Positions 1 through 12,544 of a stretch of 64,000 bases of DNA are shown one piece after another. The position numbers and the translations under genes were made by a program. Position 1 is the stretch's first letter, and the number at the start of each line of letters is the position of its first letter. Source of the DNA: Octopus sinensis (taxonomy: Eukaryota); assembly GCF_006345805.1 (NCBI RefSeq), contig NC_043005.1, positions 20,646,001 through 20,710,000 of the forward strand. The letters are read 5' to 3'. The notes under the pieces were generated by a model. That model did not search any database, was not told the DNA's origin, and worked only from the letters and a program-made list of their open reading frames with translations.

Positions 1-888
1 AGTGAGAATGGCCTGAAATTTTCATGACATATCTGTTTCTGTTGCGATTAACCTAATAAAAAATGAAGTTACCACCACATTGTAATCAATTCTTTATTCG
101 TTGTTAAGACACAAGGTCAAGCTCAATTAGAGAAAGCAGTGAGATTGTTTGATATTTATATCTTTCTCAAGAGCATTAAATGTCTATGTAAAGTGAACTG
201 AATCAAACTGAGTATCAAACCTCAATCGTTGGCTCACACCATTCTGTCAATATTTACACTAAAAGAGGAACTGGGGAAAAATAGTCAGGATCACTTCCTA
301 CATGGAAAACAAATAACAAAGTAACTACTTATTGAAGATATTATGATTAACTAAAATTTCACCCGTGTTGGATAGTAAAATCATTATGTTATTGACTTGT
401 TAAAATATGTACAGCAAATGTTTAGATACACACCACAAAGTAGTGTAGCTTAGTGAATGAAATCACGAAAACAGCTATGTTGTCTTATTTCTCAGTCTTT
501 GGGCACTCATATTTTACCATGTCTTATTGCAAACCACATTCATGAATAAAGCATCCACTATGTAAAGTAAACACCATCAAATTGTATTCATAAATTTAGA
601 TAACATTGTTTTCACTGTACTGTATTAAAAAATAAAAATTGTTTGTAAGCTTAAAATAGGTTTTTATTAACCATGCATTATTGAAAATGCATTGGTAAAT
701 AAAGTACAGAACTGGGAATGGTTATTATCGGTTTAGCCTAGAGACAAGTAAATTTGGTGAGCCTAGTCTAGAGACAAGTTAATTCGACTTCAGTTGTGTC
801 TCCTGGAACCAACTAATGACGCAGGGTGAGGTATCCTGTCTTATTGTTGTTGTTGTTTTCATTGGTCTAAATTTTACTTTAATTTCAG

Positions 889-1128
889 CTTCTCAAATCC
901 ATTTTGTGAAAATTAAAGATGCAGCTTTGAAAGTCTTTGGAAAAACATTGTTGGACAAGGAAAATGTAACAACAGAAGTTTGTGCACGAAAATGTTTGTC
1001 TGACGAAAATTGTTTATCATTTGAAATAACTAAAAAAAGAGGAAAATGTTATTTATCAAAAGAAGCTGCAGATTTCTCCAGGAAAATAAGTAAAGACAAA
1101 AGCAGAATTTATTACCAACGAGTAAAAT
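889..1128 (+). CDS. Exon A1, PAN/apple-like domain type A (240 nt)
   Basis: aatttcAG|CT TCT CAA...GTA AAA T|GTaatt; SQIHFVKIKDAALKVFGKTLLDKENVTTEVCARKCLSDENCLSFEITKKRGKCYLSK...YYQRVK; PAN motif C-x3-C-x5-C-x-SF-x8-C-x-L. Confidence 0.9.
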
Positions 1129-2062
1129 GTAATTATTCTTTGTATTTTATTATTGGATTCTCATAACCATTTTTTCTGAAATTTATATTTCCATTTGTAT
1201 TTCATAGAATATAGACATCAACAAATTTACCTGTAAGGATAGACATAAACATACTTTAGAAATAAGGCATGTTAAGCACTGTAAATACTGTTAGAGGATT
1301 CTCATACACCTTGAACACTATTATGTATGCTTGCAATCGTGTTTTGTCTCTTATAAGAAAGAAATCCCTTGTCCTTTTTCTTAAATCCAAACAGTAGTAG
1401 TGGTGGTGGTGATATCAATCCCAAAAAGGCGAAAGGCAAAGTTGACACCAGCAGTGTCTCAGCTTAGAATGTAATGAGTTTGAAGAGATACCATTATGTG
1501 GCATAGCTTATGCACATCATCTTGCCATCATGTCCTTCATAATCTGATATGCAAAATAAGAGAAAAAGTAATACCAATCTATGTAGTTGTGTATCTCCTA
1601 TATTTTGTTATGATTATTAGGGATGGATGCCCTTCCTATCACCAACCATTATACGACATGTAGAGATCCTTTTACCCATTCAACTGGAATTTTAAAAATT
1701 TGTCTGCCTGTAGTGAAGAATCCTCTCAACATAACATAGGTACCTATTCAGAATAGTTCCATGAATTTAAAAGCAAAACATCCAGCAATTTCACTCACTT
1801 TGATATAAAGGGATTTTGTCCTTTTCTATCAAAATCTTGAAACCACGAACAACAAGGAAAATTCACTAGATTTAATGATCTCAGTATTAGAATACTAGGA
1901 TATCAGTGCTGTTATGATGAATTTTTCTAGGTTGAAAAAAGGTGTGCCAAGCTAAATTCAGAACTTACTGCAATATTTTTCCTGGGCACCCTCAATAAAT
2001 TGAAGGTCATTAGTAGTTTGTGTTTATACAAAAACAATAGCCTAGGAATTTTATGTTGTGAA

Positions 2063-2465
2063 CGTGGCTGTGTGGTAAGTAGCTTGTTTACCAGCCACAT
2101 GGTTTTGGGTTCAATCCCACTGCGTGGCACCTTGGGCAAGTGTCTTCTACTATAGCCTCGGGCCGACCAAAGCCTTGTGAGTGGATTTGGTAGACGGAAA
2201 CTGAAAGAACCCCGTCGTATATATGTATATATATATATGCGTGTGTGTGTTTGTGTGTCTGTATTTGTCCCCTTAGCATTGCTTGACAACCGATGCTGGT
2301 GTGTTTATGTCCCCGTTACTTAGCGGTTCGGCAAAAAAGACCGATAAAATAAGTACTGGGCTTACAAAAGAATAAGTCCCGGGGTCGAGTTGCTCGATGA
2401 AAGGCGGTGCTCCAGCATGGCCGCAGTCAAATGACTGAAACAAGTAAAAAGAAAAAAAAGAAAAA
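2063..2465 (+). mobile_element. tRNA-derived SINE (family 1), full length
   Basis: A-box-like TGGCTGTGTGG, B-box-like GGTTCAATCCC, central (TA)/(TG) linker, tail CCAGCATGGCCGCAGTCAAATGACTGAAACAAG; near-identical copies at 7040, 32582 and 35553. Confidence 0.85.
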
Positions 2466-2469
2466 ATCC

Positions 2470-3230
2470 AAGTCATGAATAGATTTAGGAAAACTTGACA
2501 GTAATCTATAAAAAAATTAATTTAAAAATAATATTATTACCAATTTAACTACATTCAGCTGATGGAATGTTATCTAAGATTTGAAGTTAGGTATCGGATG
2601 GGCTACATTCCAACGGAGAACCTAACAAAGCAAACAGAAACCTTCATAGGAATTTCAAGTTCTGCCTTCAAACTATAACCAGAAATTTAATAAATGGTAT
2701 TACTAAAAGAATCTCAAATTTATTCTCAAATGAAGTTATTTTCGACAGCATTTTTTTATAGTACAAGGTATTAGTTAAGTTTCAATTTGGAGAGAAGTGA
2801 GCATGAACAGAGCATCCTCCAACTCAAAACCAGAAAGAATTAGAAAGATAATAACTTAATTCTTCCTTCAATCTGAATATTTCCATGAGCATAGCAAGGG
2901 AGTTTTTATCCATTTGTGAGGCTCACATAAGTACCACAAAATTAGGAATATTCATAGTGTTAAGGTTTGTTAGTCATGTCTGGATGACATAATTCTAGTA
3001 TTATGTTGCTATAAGAAAAGCATACAATTATCTGTAACTATTAAAATCAATCCACCTTTCTATTGAGAGAATTCTGCCTCTCTAAGGCAACAGTTTATAA
3101 AGCAGTTCTCACTGAACCTGATGGTTCCTGAATGAATTACATTGAACTTTTAGCCAATGGGCTTCAAAGAAAGATTCACTCAGTATTTATACTCCTTCAA
3201 GTTCATCCTACAAGGTAAAGTTCACGTATC
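2470..3230 (+). mobile_element. Degenerate Penelope-like element (PLE) fragment
   Basis: Broken frame ITRNLINGITKRISNLFSNEVIF resembling the PLE RT thumb region; homologous to 26470..27250. Confidence 0.5.
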
Positions 3231-3364
3231 TGTCCTGTTTTATCTGGAGATTTCTGGAACACAACAATGATCTATCAAGCATAACTTTGTACTTACTTGA
3301 CTAATCCATAGCCTATTTATCAGTGTCATTTTTTTTAATAAGCTATAAAAAAAAACTACATACA

Positions 3365-3371
<7 letters not shown>

Positions 3372-3422
<51 letters not shown>
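3372..3422. repeat. (TG)n microsatellite
   Basis: Perfect dinucleotide run. Confidence 0.95.
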
Positions 3423-3424
<2 letters not shown>

Positions 3425-4264
3425 CGTAAAATATAATAGTCAACTAAATGTGGCAGTCCCATAGAGGATGATGCTACTGTTGTTTTTAGCCCTGGGAGGA
3501 CATCTCCTTCAGCTGGTTAACAATGGTTAACTGGTTAACTGTGTCTGATAAGTATTTGCGAGGGGAAATCGTTCCCATCTCTAGCCTTACGTGATACACA
3601 CAGATCTGGGTTTCTGAGTAGTAACCCATCATCAGTGTGTGATAATCATGAGCTAGTAATGAAAACTCATTCCACACACAAAATACTATATGCTTTTTCC
3701 AGTGACAAACTGTTGCTGATCTCGGAAAAGGAGAAATAAGTAATATTAAATCTCTAAGCGAGAAGTAAACAGTAGTAGTATGGAATCATAAAATATATTT
3801 TACAATCCATCTGCAAAAATATTTTTCAGCATAAGACATGCTTCTCAGAATAAACTCTAGTACATTTAGTACACACTTGCAACCTCCCCTCATTGTTTAG
3901 GTTTAGATAATCACTTTATATAACCCTCTTCTGATGGTGTGCTTTTATTTGAGATTAAATGGCAGTAACAAACTTGACTTCTTGGTTGATCATTTGTTGA
4001 ATAGCACTTAGATCCTACAAAAGCATACTGTTTGAAAACAGATGTACAAATAGATTATATGTAACTTAAGTTTTGAAACAATGCTTCAAATATGTCTTGT
4101 GTTACGACTCACTTAAATTCTAAGTTGCCATTTTGTGAATCAATTATTTGTTTACAACAACTTGTCCACTTAAAACAAATTATGCACCAGGTGCTATATA
4201 ATATATCATGTGTATACATTGGAGTATAAAATGTATCTCTTGTTTTGTTTTGTTTTCTTTCTAG

Positions 4265-4498
4265 CCGATGATGATATTTTAAAATTTAAAAGTACTTCCA
4301 TACCAGGGCATGATACTTTTGAACGAGTGGATAATGTGAGCTTAAAGGAGTGTGATCATGCTTGTCATCAAACTCTAGGATGTATCTCTTATGAATATAA
4401 TGAAAAGCGTAAGCTCTGTGATCGAAGTAATGTAACACACATGACGCATGAACTTAAACCCAACATATGGGGTTGGGATACTTACATTATTAACCCAG
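4265..4498 (+). CDS. Exon B1, PAN/apple-like domain type B (234 nt)
   Basis: ttctAG|CC GAT...AAC CCA G|GTcagt; DDDILKFKSTSIPGHDTFERVDNVSLKECDHACHQTLGCISYEYNEKRKLCDRSNVTHMTHELKPNIWGWDTYIINPG. Confidence 0.9.
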
Positions 4499-4646
4499 GT
4501 CAGTAGATATTTTTCTTTTATCTTTTGCTACTGCCCTTGCACTTCTTTCTTCCTTCAGGTAGCATGAAATAGCTCAGATTGCAATTTTTGCCCACTCATT
4601 ATCAAAGCTGTAAAATAAAGAATACACTATTGATATATATATGTTA

Positions 4647-4900
4647 CTAGCAGAGATACCCGGCATTGCCTGTGTTACATGCAATTGAAGAATTAGATTT
4701 TTCTGTTATATTTTCTGTAATGAACTGGAATATCTATGTTTCGAATTTCATCAAAATTGCAGATGAGGGTTATTTCCCTCTTTACCCACCCTACAAAAAA
4801 TTGTAATTGTGCCACATGTATCCCATACTACTGATTTTTATGTACATATTCCAAAATTCCGGAACCTGTTAAAAAGATTTTGCTCCTGAAAAATGAAGGT
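4647..4900 (-). mobile_element. Helitron-like 3' end
   Basis: Minus strand ends ...GGCAATGCCGGGTATCTCTGCTAG, a hairpin-like segment followed by CTAG; same end motif as 20074. 5' extent undefined. Confidence 0.5.
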
Positions 4901-5932
4901 CATGGAGCTCTAAAATGTGAGAGTTAAGGTCCCTGTTGGGGGTGGGCATCTTAATGTCAACCAAAGAAGTTGAATTGTTGAGAATCTTTTAAACTTGGGT
5001 CTTATATCTATTGTTTGAATTTCTTTGAAATAGGAAATATATGTTCACTGGGTTTGTAAAAGAGAGCAAAGCTACAGGAAGCCAAAAGATGAATGATCAC
5101 AATAAGCAGTCAGCTACCCTACCCTATGTAAGATTCCTCACCATCCAGGTTACCACTCCCAATGTAAGATTCCTCACCATCCAGGTGACAGGCACAGCCG
5201 TAAGATGCATTACGAATCTATAGCAATTGGAAGGACGTGACCCAACTGAAATCAACATTAACAACTGTGTGACGTGAGGGCTTAGGAGAAATTAATGTGT
5301 CACCTCTGGAGTTTGTAAATGACCACTATACTAATACGTAACTGGACAGAATAAATTTACAATCTATAAATGTCTTTGAATAACCAGTCACTCATCTGGG
5401 AAGGCCTTGAAATCAATGTTACCCTCTGGGGACTATGTGTGACCCAGTGATAATAAAAAGACTGAAAGAGGTCTGCAATCAAATAACTTTATTCAACACT
5501 TTGCAACTGAATCATAGACAATTTATGCACCACATTGCAAAAATCCCAATGTAAGTGTATGTCAAAGCAAACTGTAACACTGTTGTACCATTGAATTACA
5601 AATAATGCTCATCTTTTATGCTTGGGTAACCCTACAGCTTCCAAGAGCACAACTGTATTTGTTTTTGCTTAGATAAAATGACAAAATTGTGGGTGTTAAG
5701 TCCCCATGGAGGGGTCTTTCTAACTTGTAAGATGAAATTTTATAAATATTACTAATATCTATGGTAAAAATTTCCTCAACAGCAAAAATATATGAATTGT
5801 CCTGGGGCTTATGGCCCTTATGCATAGAATATAATTTCCAAATTTCATAAAGATCCATTCAGTACTTTTGACGTAGTTTTGGATCATAAAAGAAATGACT
5901 AAGATTTGGGAATTAAGGCCCCCATTAGGGTG

Positions 5933-6300
<368 letters not shown>

Positions 6301-6364
6301 ACAAAGATAAATTGAGAGATACAACTGAGTGGGCAAACAAAAATATGAGACACTGCCTAGTGCT

Positions 6365-6670
6365 TTTTTTTATTTTGATAAACCTGGTACTTATTCTATC
6401 AGTTTCTTCTTGTGAAACCAGTAAGTTATAGGGAAGTAAATAAACGAATACCAGTTGTGAAGCAGTGATGAGGGAGAAACACAAAGACACACACATAGAC
6501 TTACATATATACATACATATATATACAATTGATTTCTTTCAGTTTCTGTCTACAAAATCCATGGATAAGGCTTTGGTTGGTGTGAGGCTATAGCAGAATA
6601 CACATGCCAAGTTACCACACAGTGGGACCATGTGTTTTGGAACCAAGTTTGTTACCACACAGCCACACCT
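6365..6670 (-). mobile_element. Degenerate SINE family 1
   Basis: Diverged reverse-complement match to the 2063 copy (ttaccacacagccac head, ggtacttattctatc body). Confidence 0.65.
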
Positions 6671-6946
6671 GTACCTATGTATGTGTGTGGGTGTGGCTGT
6701 ATGGGTCTATGGGTTTATATATGTATGCATGCATATATGTGTATATATATATGTACTTATTACATGTACATCTATATATATACATCTACACATACATGTA
6801 TACATATACATGTATACATATACAGCTATACATGTACATGTATACATATAAAGCTATACATATAAAGCTATACATATACATGTATACATATACATCTATA
6901 TATATATACATGTATATATATATATATACATTAATATATATACATG

Positions 6947-6983
<37 letters not shown>

Positions 6984-7039
6984 CCATATATATACATCTA
7001 TATATATACATCTATATGTATATATATATATCTTTTTTT

Positions 7040-7420
7040 CTCTTTTTCTCTTTTACTTGTTTCAGTCATTTGACTGCAGCCATGCTGGAGCACCGCCTTT
7101 ATTCTTTGTAAGCCCAGTACTTATTCTATTGGTCTCTTTTGCCGAACCGTTAAGTGACGGGGACGTAAACACACCAGCATCGGTTGTCAAGCAATGCTAG
7201 GGGGACAAACACAGACACACAAACACACACGTACATATATATATATATACATATATACGACAGGCTTCTTTCAGTTTTCATCTACCAAATCCACTCACAA
7301 GGCATTGGTCGGCCCGAGGCTATAGCAGAAGACACTTGCCCAAGATGCCACGCAGTGGGACTGAACCCGGAACCATGTGGTTAGTTAGCAAGCTACTTAC
7401 CACACAGCCACTCCTGTGCC
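7040..7420 (-). mobile_element. SINE family 1, full length
   Basis: Reverse complement of the 2063 copy; flanked by TA-rich tracts. Confidence 0.85.
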
Positions 7421-7422
7421 TA

Positions 7423-7494
<72 letters not shown>

Positions 7495-7498
<4 letters not shown>

Positions 7499-7928
7499 AT
7501 TATTAATATAAAATAATAAGGGTGAAAAATTGAATATTAATTTGATTAATATGAATTAAAAACCAGTGGTGTAGCATATAAGACCACAGTGTCTCTTCTT
7601 CTAGCAAAATGGATGTCCACTGTTAATGGTTCATCCCTGTTATATAATAGTTTCACTTTAATAGTTTCAGTATTGAAGTGAAAGTATCTGACATTACAAT
7701 AGAGAGATGTTATTGTTTCACTTTTAACACATAATACTGAAATAGTGGAAAAGATATGATATTGCTGTGGGCTCGCCCTAGGCAAGAAGTTAAAAATTTT
7801 GTTTGCCCATGACACTGCATGGACCCTAGTTAAGGCATGTGTAAAATTTGAATGAAATTGGTTGTGTAGTTCTCAAGTTTTAGGGATTCACACAGACAGA
7901 CACACATTCTCAGTATTATATATATAGA
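7495..7928 (-). mobile_element. Helitron-like non-autonomous element, 5' part
   Basis: Minus strand starts A|TCTATATATATAATACTGAGAATGTGTGTCTGTCTG, resembling the 5' end of the 20074..21259 Helitron. Confidence 0.45.
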
Positions 7929-8479
7929 TATATGAAAATAAAGAATAAGTAAGCAATTCTGAAATGGTTACACAAAAGGCTGCATCAAATTAATGATATA
8001 ACATAGAGATATAAGTTGCCAAAAATCATTAGTGAAGAACTCAAAACCTTTGAATCATCCTGTTATGTACACATGTAGATAGATAGATAGATTAGATTAG
8101 ATTAGACTCACCTGAACTCAACCTAATTCAACTGGAACAAGAAACAGACAATTTAACTGTAGCAAAGTATCAGTGTACAGAGACATGAGAAATGAAGCAG
8201 TAAATATAGAACTTCATTCACAAGAAGACATTGACGCCTTCTAGTGTGAAAATTTTGGAGTGAGGGGGAGTTTAAGTGAGAGGCTCTGTGGCTGGGGGAA
8301 ATTCAAAGTGATTATTGTCCTGTTACACCCAAGACATACAGCTGTGAGGATGACACTCTTGTGACTATAATTCAGTACCTCAAAGGATTTGGTTGTTGGA
8401 TACCAGTACAAGAAGGAAACCTTCCACTGACCATTCTTTATCAACCTGTACTATCAATATCTCAATGGGAATAGTGGCA

Positions 8480-11370
8480 TACCACACAGGTTAGCTCTGA
8501 CAAAGACAAAACTGATCCATCAAAGCAGAACCACCCACATGACAAAAAACTACTTGTCAAATGCATGCCAGAACTTAATATGTAAAATATATATAGCATG
8601 TTTAAACCTCTTCCACCAAGACCATTGTGAAAGTACTAACATCTTCACAGTAGAACAAGTATCTGGTGAGAAGGGAGTTTGGTGATGGGCTGAGCAATTG
8701 CTGATAAACAAAACTTTTATGCCAGAGGTGTAACAACATATAAGGAACCTGGTTTCAGTGTGGTTGGACTACAAGTAAGCCTTTGACTTTGTCCTACATT
8801 CGTGGATGCTAGAAGCCCTTTGGCTTGATGAAATTTCAGAGAACATAGTCAAAGCCATAACTGATTTGATTTCATCCTGGGCCACCATCTTTGAGTTAAA
8901 TACATGGAGTGATTGTATTGTCACAGATAAAATAGAGAATCATAGTATATTCCAAGGGGACAGCCTCTTTGTAATGATGTTCATATTTTCAATAAAACTT
9001 TTGTCATCTATGTTCAGAAAGTGTGAAGCATATATCTCATTGCTTCACAAGTAGACAGAAATACCAAAATTACACACTGTTTCTTTCTGAATGACTTGAA
9101 ACTGTATACCAGGGATATGCATGAGATGAAAAAGAGCCTTGACTTGGTTACAATATTTTCAACTGATAAAGGGTTGGAATTTGGTCTGAATAAATGAGGA
9201 AAAACTGTAAGCCAGACAAGTAGCATCTCCATTAATGACTTGACTGTTTCTCCTATATCTAATGAAGACTGTTACAGATACCTAAGGGTAGATGAAAACA
9301 TATCTTATGATTGTATCTGTACCAAGGAACTTGTTACTAAAGAATACAACAGCTGGATAAGGAAAATATGGATTTTAGAACTCTCTGCATCCAATAAAAC
9401 ACTGGCCTCCAATTCGTTTGCAGTATTCAGCATTTGGTCTACTTGATTGGATGCTTGATGAGATTGAAGCCATTGATGTGAAAACCTAGGAGATACTGAC
9501 TAGCACAAATAATTTCCACATCAACAGTAATACAGACAGCATCTACCTTAAAAGAAAACAAGGAGACAAAGACTTAACATCAATCCAGACTACCTTTAAA
9601 TGTAACATCATATTCTTTCAGTAACACCTTTTAACCACCAAGTATTGAGTGGATCCTTTTAACCAAGTTTGTGTACACAAAGATAGCATCAGGAGACTTA
9701 GAAAGTAGCTATTCCAGAAACACCCCTTGTCTGATAACCTTGAGTATGTGCACAAAGAAGTTGAACAACTCTACTGCAATGTACCATCAGATGAAAAAAA
9801 AAGGATGAGTACATATCAACAGATCATGCATGGACATGTTAGCAGAAGGCTCCAGGATGACAACAACATTGATAATCAAAATTGTCTTTTGTAGACCAAA
9901 CACCAGATCACTGACTCTCACTTTGAAGGGTATGTGTTTGCAATCCAAGAACAGGAAATAGCAACCAAATTTCAAATGCACAAAATGGACACAGAAGTGG
10001 GTAAAACACCAAAATGTGATAACCAATGCAGATCTTGTAGAGTTAACACTGAACATACTACCCACATCATAAGCAGTTGTCCAAAATGTTAGCATGTTAT
10101 TAGCTATCAATGAGACATGATACTGAACTGTGAGTTATGTCAGAAGAATAATCCTTAGACTGAAGAGATAAGAACCCAGTATGTGGTCACTCAATACATA
10201 AAAGGGCACTTGTGGAATATCACAGTGAAAACTCCAATAAAATGTAAAATATAACAGAGCAGACATAGTAATTCAAGACAGAGAAGGGAAACTATGTTCA
10301 GTAATGTAAATCAGTTGCCCAGAGGGTGTCAGCATAAAGCTAAAGATCAATGGAAAAGAAAACACCTACACAGAACTATTGAGAAATTAAAAGTTCAGAT
10401 GACAACCTGTAATTATTGGGTCACTAGGATATGTAACAAACTTTCTAAGCACCAATCTTGAGATATTAAAAATTTCAAAACCAGTAAGTGAGCAACATCA
10501 TATGAGTTGGCAGTGAACTCCTCAAGAAGTACTCTCTTCCTGATGATCTCCTATACAACCCCAAAACAGCTGAGCTCTCTTACCTCAGAGAAGACCTGGC
10601 TGGAAATAACTCAACATACAACATATAAAAAAACCATGCACAGGTATGTTGCCTGGGAGCTTGAAGAAGACAGTTGAATTGACATGAAACGCAGCCTCTT
10701 TTGGACACAAGCCCACTACATCACATCACACTATGAAGGCTATGCATTTGCAATCCTGGAACAGGAGATTGCCACAAAGTACCCGATGAACAAGAGTGAC
10801 AGTGATACTCTTGTAATCCCAAGGTGCAACTGTATGTGTAGGCTCTGTCATGTTTCTGTGGAAGGCATTACACATGTGACTAGCAGCTGTCCTAAAATGT
10901 CGATACGGTACTACCCCCCTATGCAGCACAATATTGTTGCTAAAACAATTTACAATGCCATCTGCAAAAAAGACTTTCCTGAAATAAACTTAGAAAATCC
11001 CTCTGTTATGGAATACATTCATAAACACCAACTCAAGGAATACTGATGGAATATTCCCATCAAAACTTGTGTCAAATGTAAGTATAACAGGCTGGATATT
11101 GTTGTTTGGGACAGAGTGGTAAAGGTATATACCGTCATAGAGGTTAGCTGCCCTTGAAACCTCCAGCTTTTATATCAAGACTATGAATTCATATTCATAC
11201 CAATAATAATTGGAGCACTAGGTTTTATTAATAAATGCTGAAAGGAGAATCTAGATAAACTGAGATTTTCAGTAAGAGAAATTGACTGGCTAATTTGTAT
11301 ATTACAAGTGCAATCTGTGAGTGAAACAGTAAAAATATGCAAGTCTTTTCTCAAGTTCCAAATGTGAATT
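8480..11370 (+). pseudogene. Degenerate R4/Dong-like non-LTR retrotransposon (RT + RLE) with duplicated 3' part
   Basis: Remnant motifs IFQGDSL, YRYLRVDEN, EGYAFAILEQEI, CRLCHVSVEGITHVTSSCP, HNIVAK, IIIGALG; many stops/frameshifts; the RLE region occurs twice (about 9900-10480 and 10700-11370). Confidence 0.7.
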
Positions 11371-11656
11371 TGTCTGTGTTAACTATATCCCAAAGATAGA
11401 ACTCTGTATCTTTGTTGGAAACAGGCTCCCTCCTCAGTGAAAGATTTATGATAATTAAAAAATAGAAGAGACATGCATGCGTGCATCCATCTATTCATGG
11501 ATGCATTCAAGTGTGTATGTATTTATATCTGTGTCCAAATTTCTTCAGTTTTACTCCCTCCATATCTTTTATTGTAACATTGTCACTATCTCCTCATTCT
11601 CAACCATCTCTTAGCATATGTGCATCATTGATGCCAACTTTTCTTATCAATTTCAG

Positions 11657-11827
11657 ATTATCAAAAAATTGAATGTGGATTGCCAAAAGACATTAATGGT
11701 ACATCCAAGTCCTTCAAAACCACCACTTATAAATCTGAAGTCATCTATACTTGCCGAAAGGGAGAACAAGTAAAATCGACATGTGGAAAGGATGGCAATT
11801 GGAGTACAGTAACAGAAACATGTAAAG
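11657..11827 (+). CDS. Exon S1, Sushi/CCP domain (171 nt)
   Basis: tttcAG|AT TAT...TGT AAA G|GTaatg; YQKIECGLPKDINGTSKSFKTTTYKSEVIYTCRKGEQVKSTCGKDGNWSTVTETCKG; 4 Cys, CGxP, YTC, W-x6-C. Confidence 0.88.
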
Positions 11828-12207
11828 GTAATGTAACTAGCTTCTCTCTAGTCGCTAAGAAATTTTGTTTTATTTTTGTGTTAATTACCTTTGTCAATGG
11901 AAGATTGGCTGATGCATGACAATTTTCCACAGTGATTGTTGTTGGAGAGAGGGAGAAAGGCAGTTTTCCTAAGTCTAGAGACATCCCAAATGCTTGCAAC
12001 AGAGAGGATTTCATTAATTCTATCTGTGGGCCAGGTAATGCTATTGACTTAGTGACACATTAAGTCTGCTGAAAAAGAGCTTGAAGTCTAGAAACTTGTC
12101 TTGTGAAGTAAATATTTAAAAACAGACAAAACTTCACCTACCTCCACATTGTTGCTGATAACCAGCTATATCTCAACTCATCTTGGTTGTTCTTCTCAAT
12201 TTCTAAC

Positions 12208-12529
12208 TGCTGTAGTGAAAATGGTACATCTTTTCCCATGTGTCAAAGTGGTATGATTCAGCCACTAAAAAGTCAGGCAGTCAGTCACAGTAAGCGGTCA
12301 GTAGTAATAGAGTTGTATGAGTTGGAGTCAATGTCAGTTATGTGATATATATGAGTTTGAGTTACTGTCAACGTAGATGTTTCAAAGTTGTCTTGTGGAG
12401 CTATCAGTGATAGCATGATAGACGAGTCAAAGATAATAAGATTCGGAATACTTCCATAATATAATAGTGACAACAAGAATTACAGTGCCTACAACACAAT
12501 ACAAGTGGATGAGGATCTACATTGTAACA
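12208..12529 (+). repeat. 5' LTR (322 bp)
   Basis: tgctgtagtgaaaatgg...ctacattgtaaca; aligns end-to-end with 15474..15809. Confidence 0.88.
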
Positions 12530-12530
12530 G

Positions 12531-12544
12531 TGGCGATGAGGATG
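12531..12544 (+). promoter_or_regulatory. Primer binding site, tRNA-Ser(GCU)-type
   Basis: TGGCGATGAGGATG, 13/14 match to TGGCGACGAGGATG, the complement of the metazoan tRNA-Ser(GCU) 3' end as I recall it. Confidence 0.7.

Noticed and set aside
1122-1128. Alternative donor CGA|GTAAAA for the A exons
   Set aside because: It would be phase 0 and is absent in A2 (CGA ATA); the downstream GTAATT donor is conserved in all four.
2063-2140. tRNA gene at SINE heads
   Set aside because: A/B-box-like motifs only, no full cloverleaf; continuous with the SINE body.
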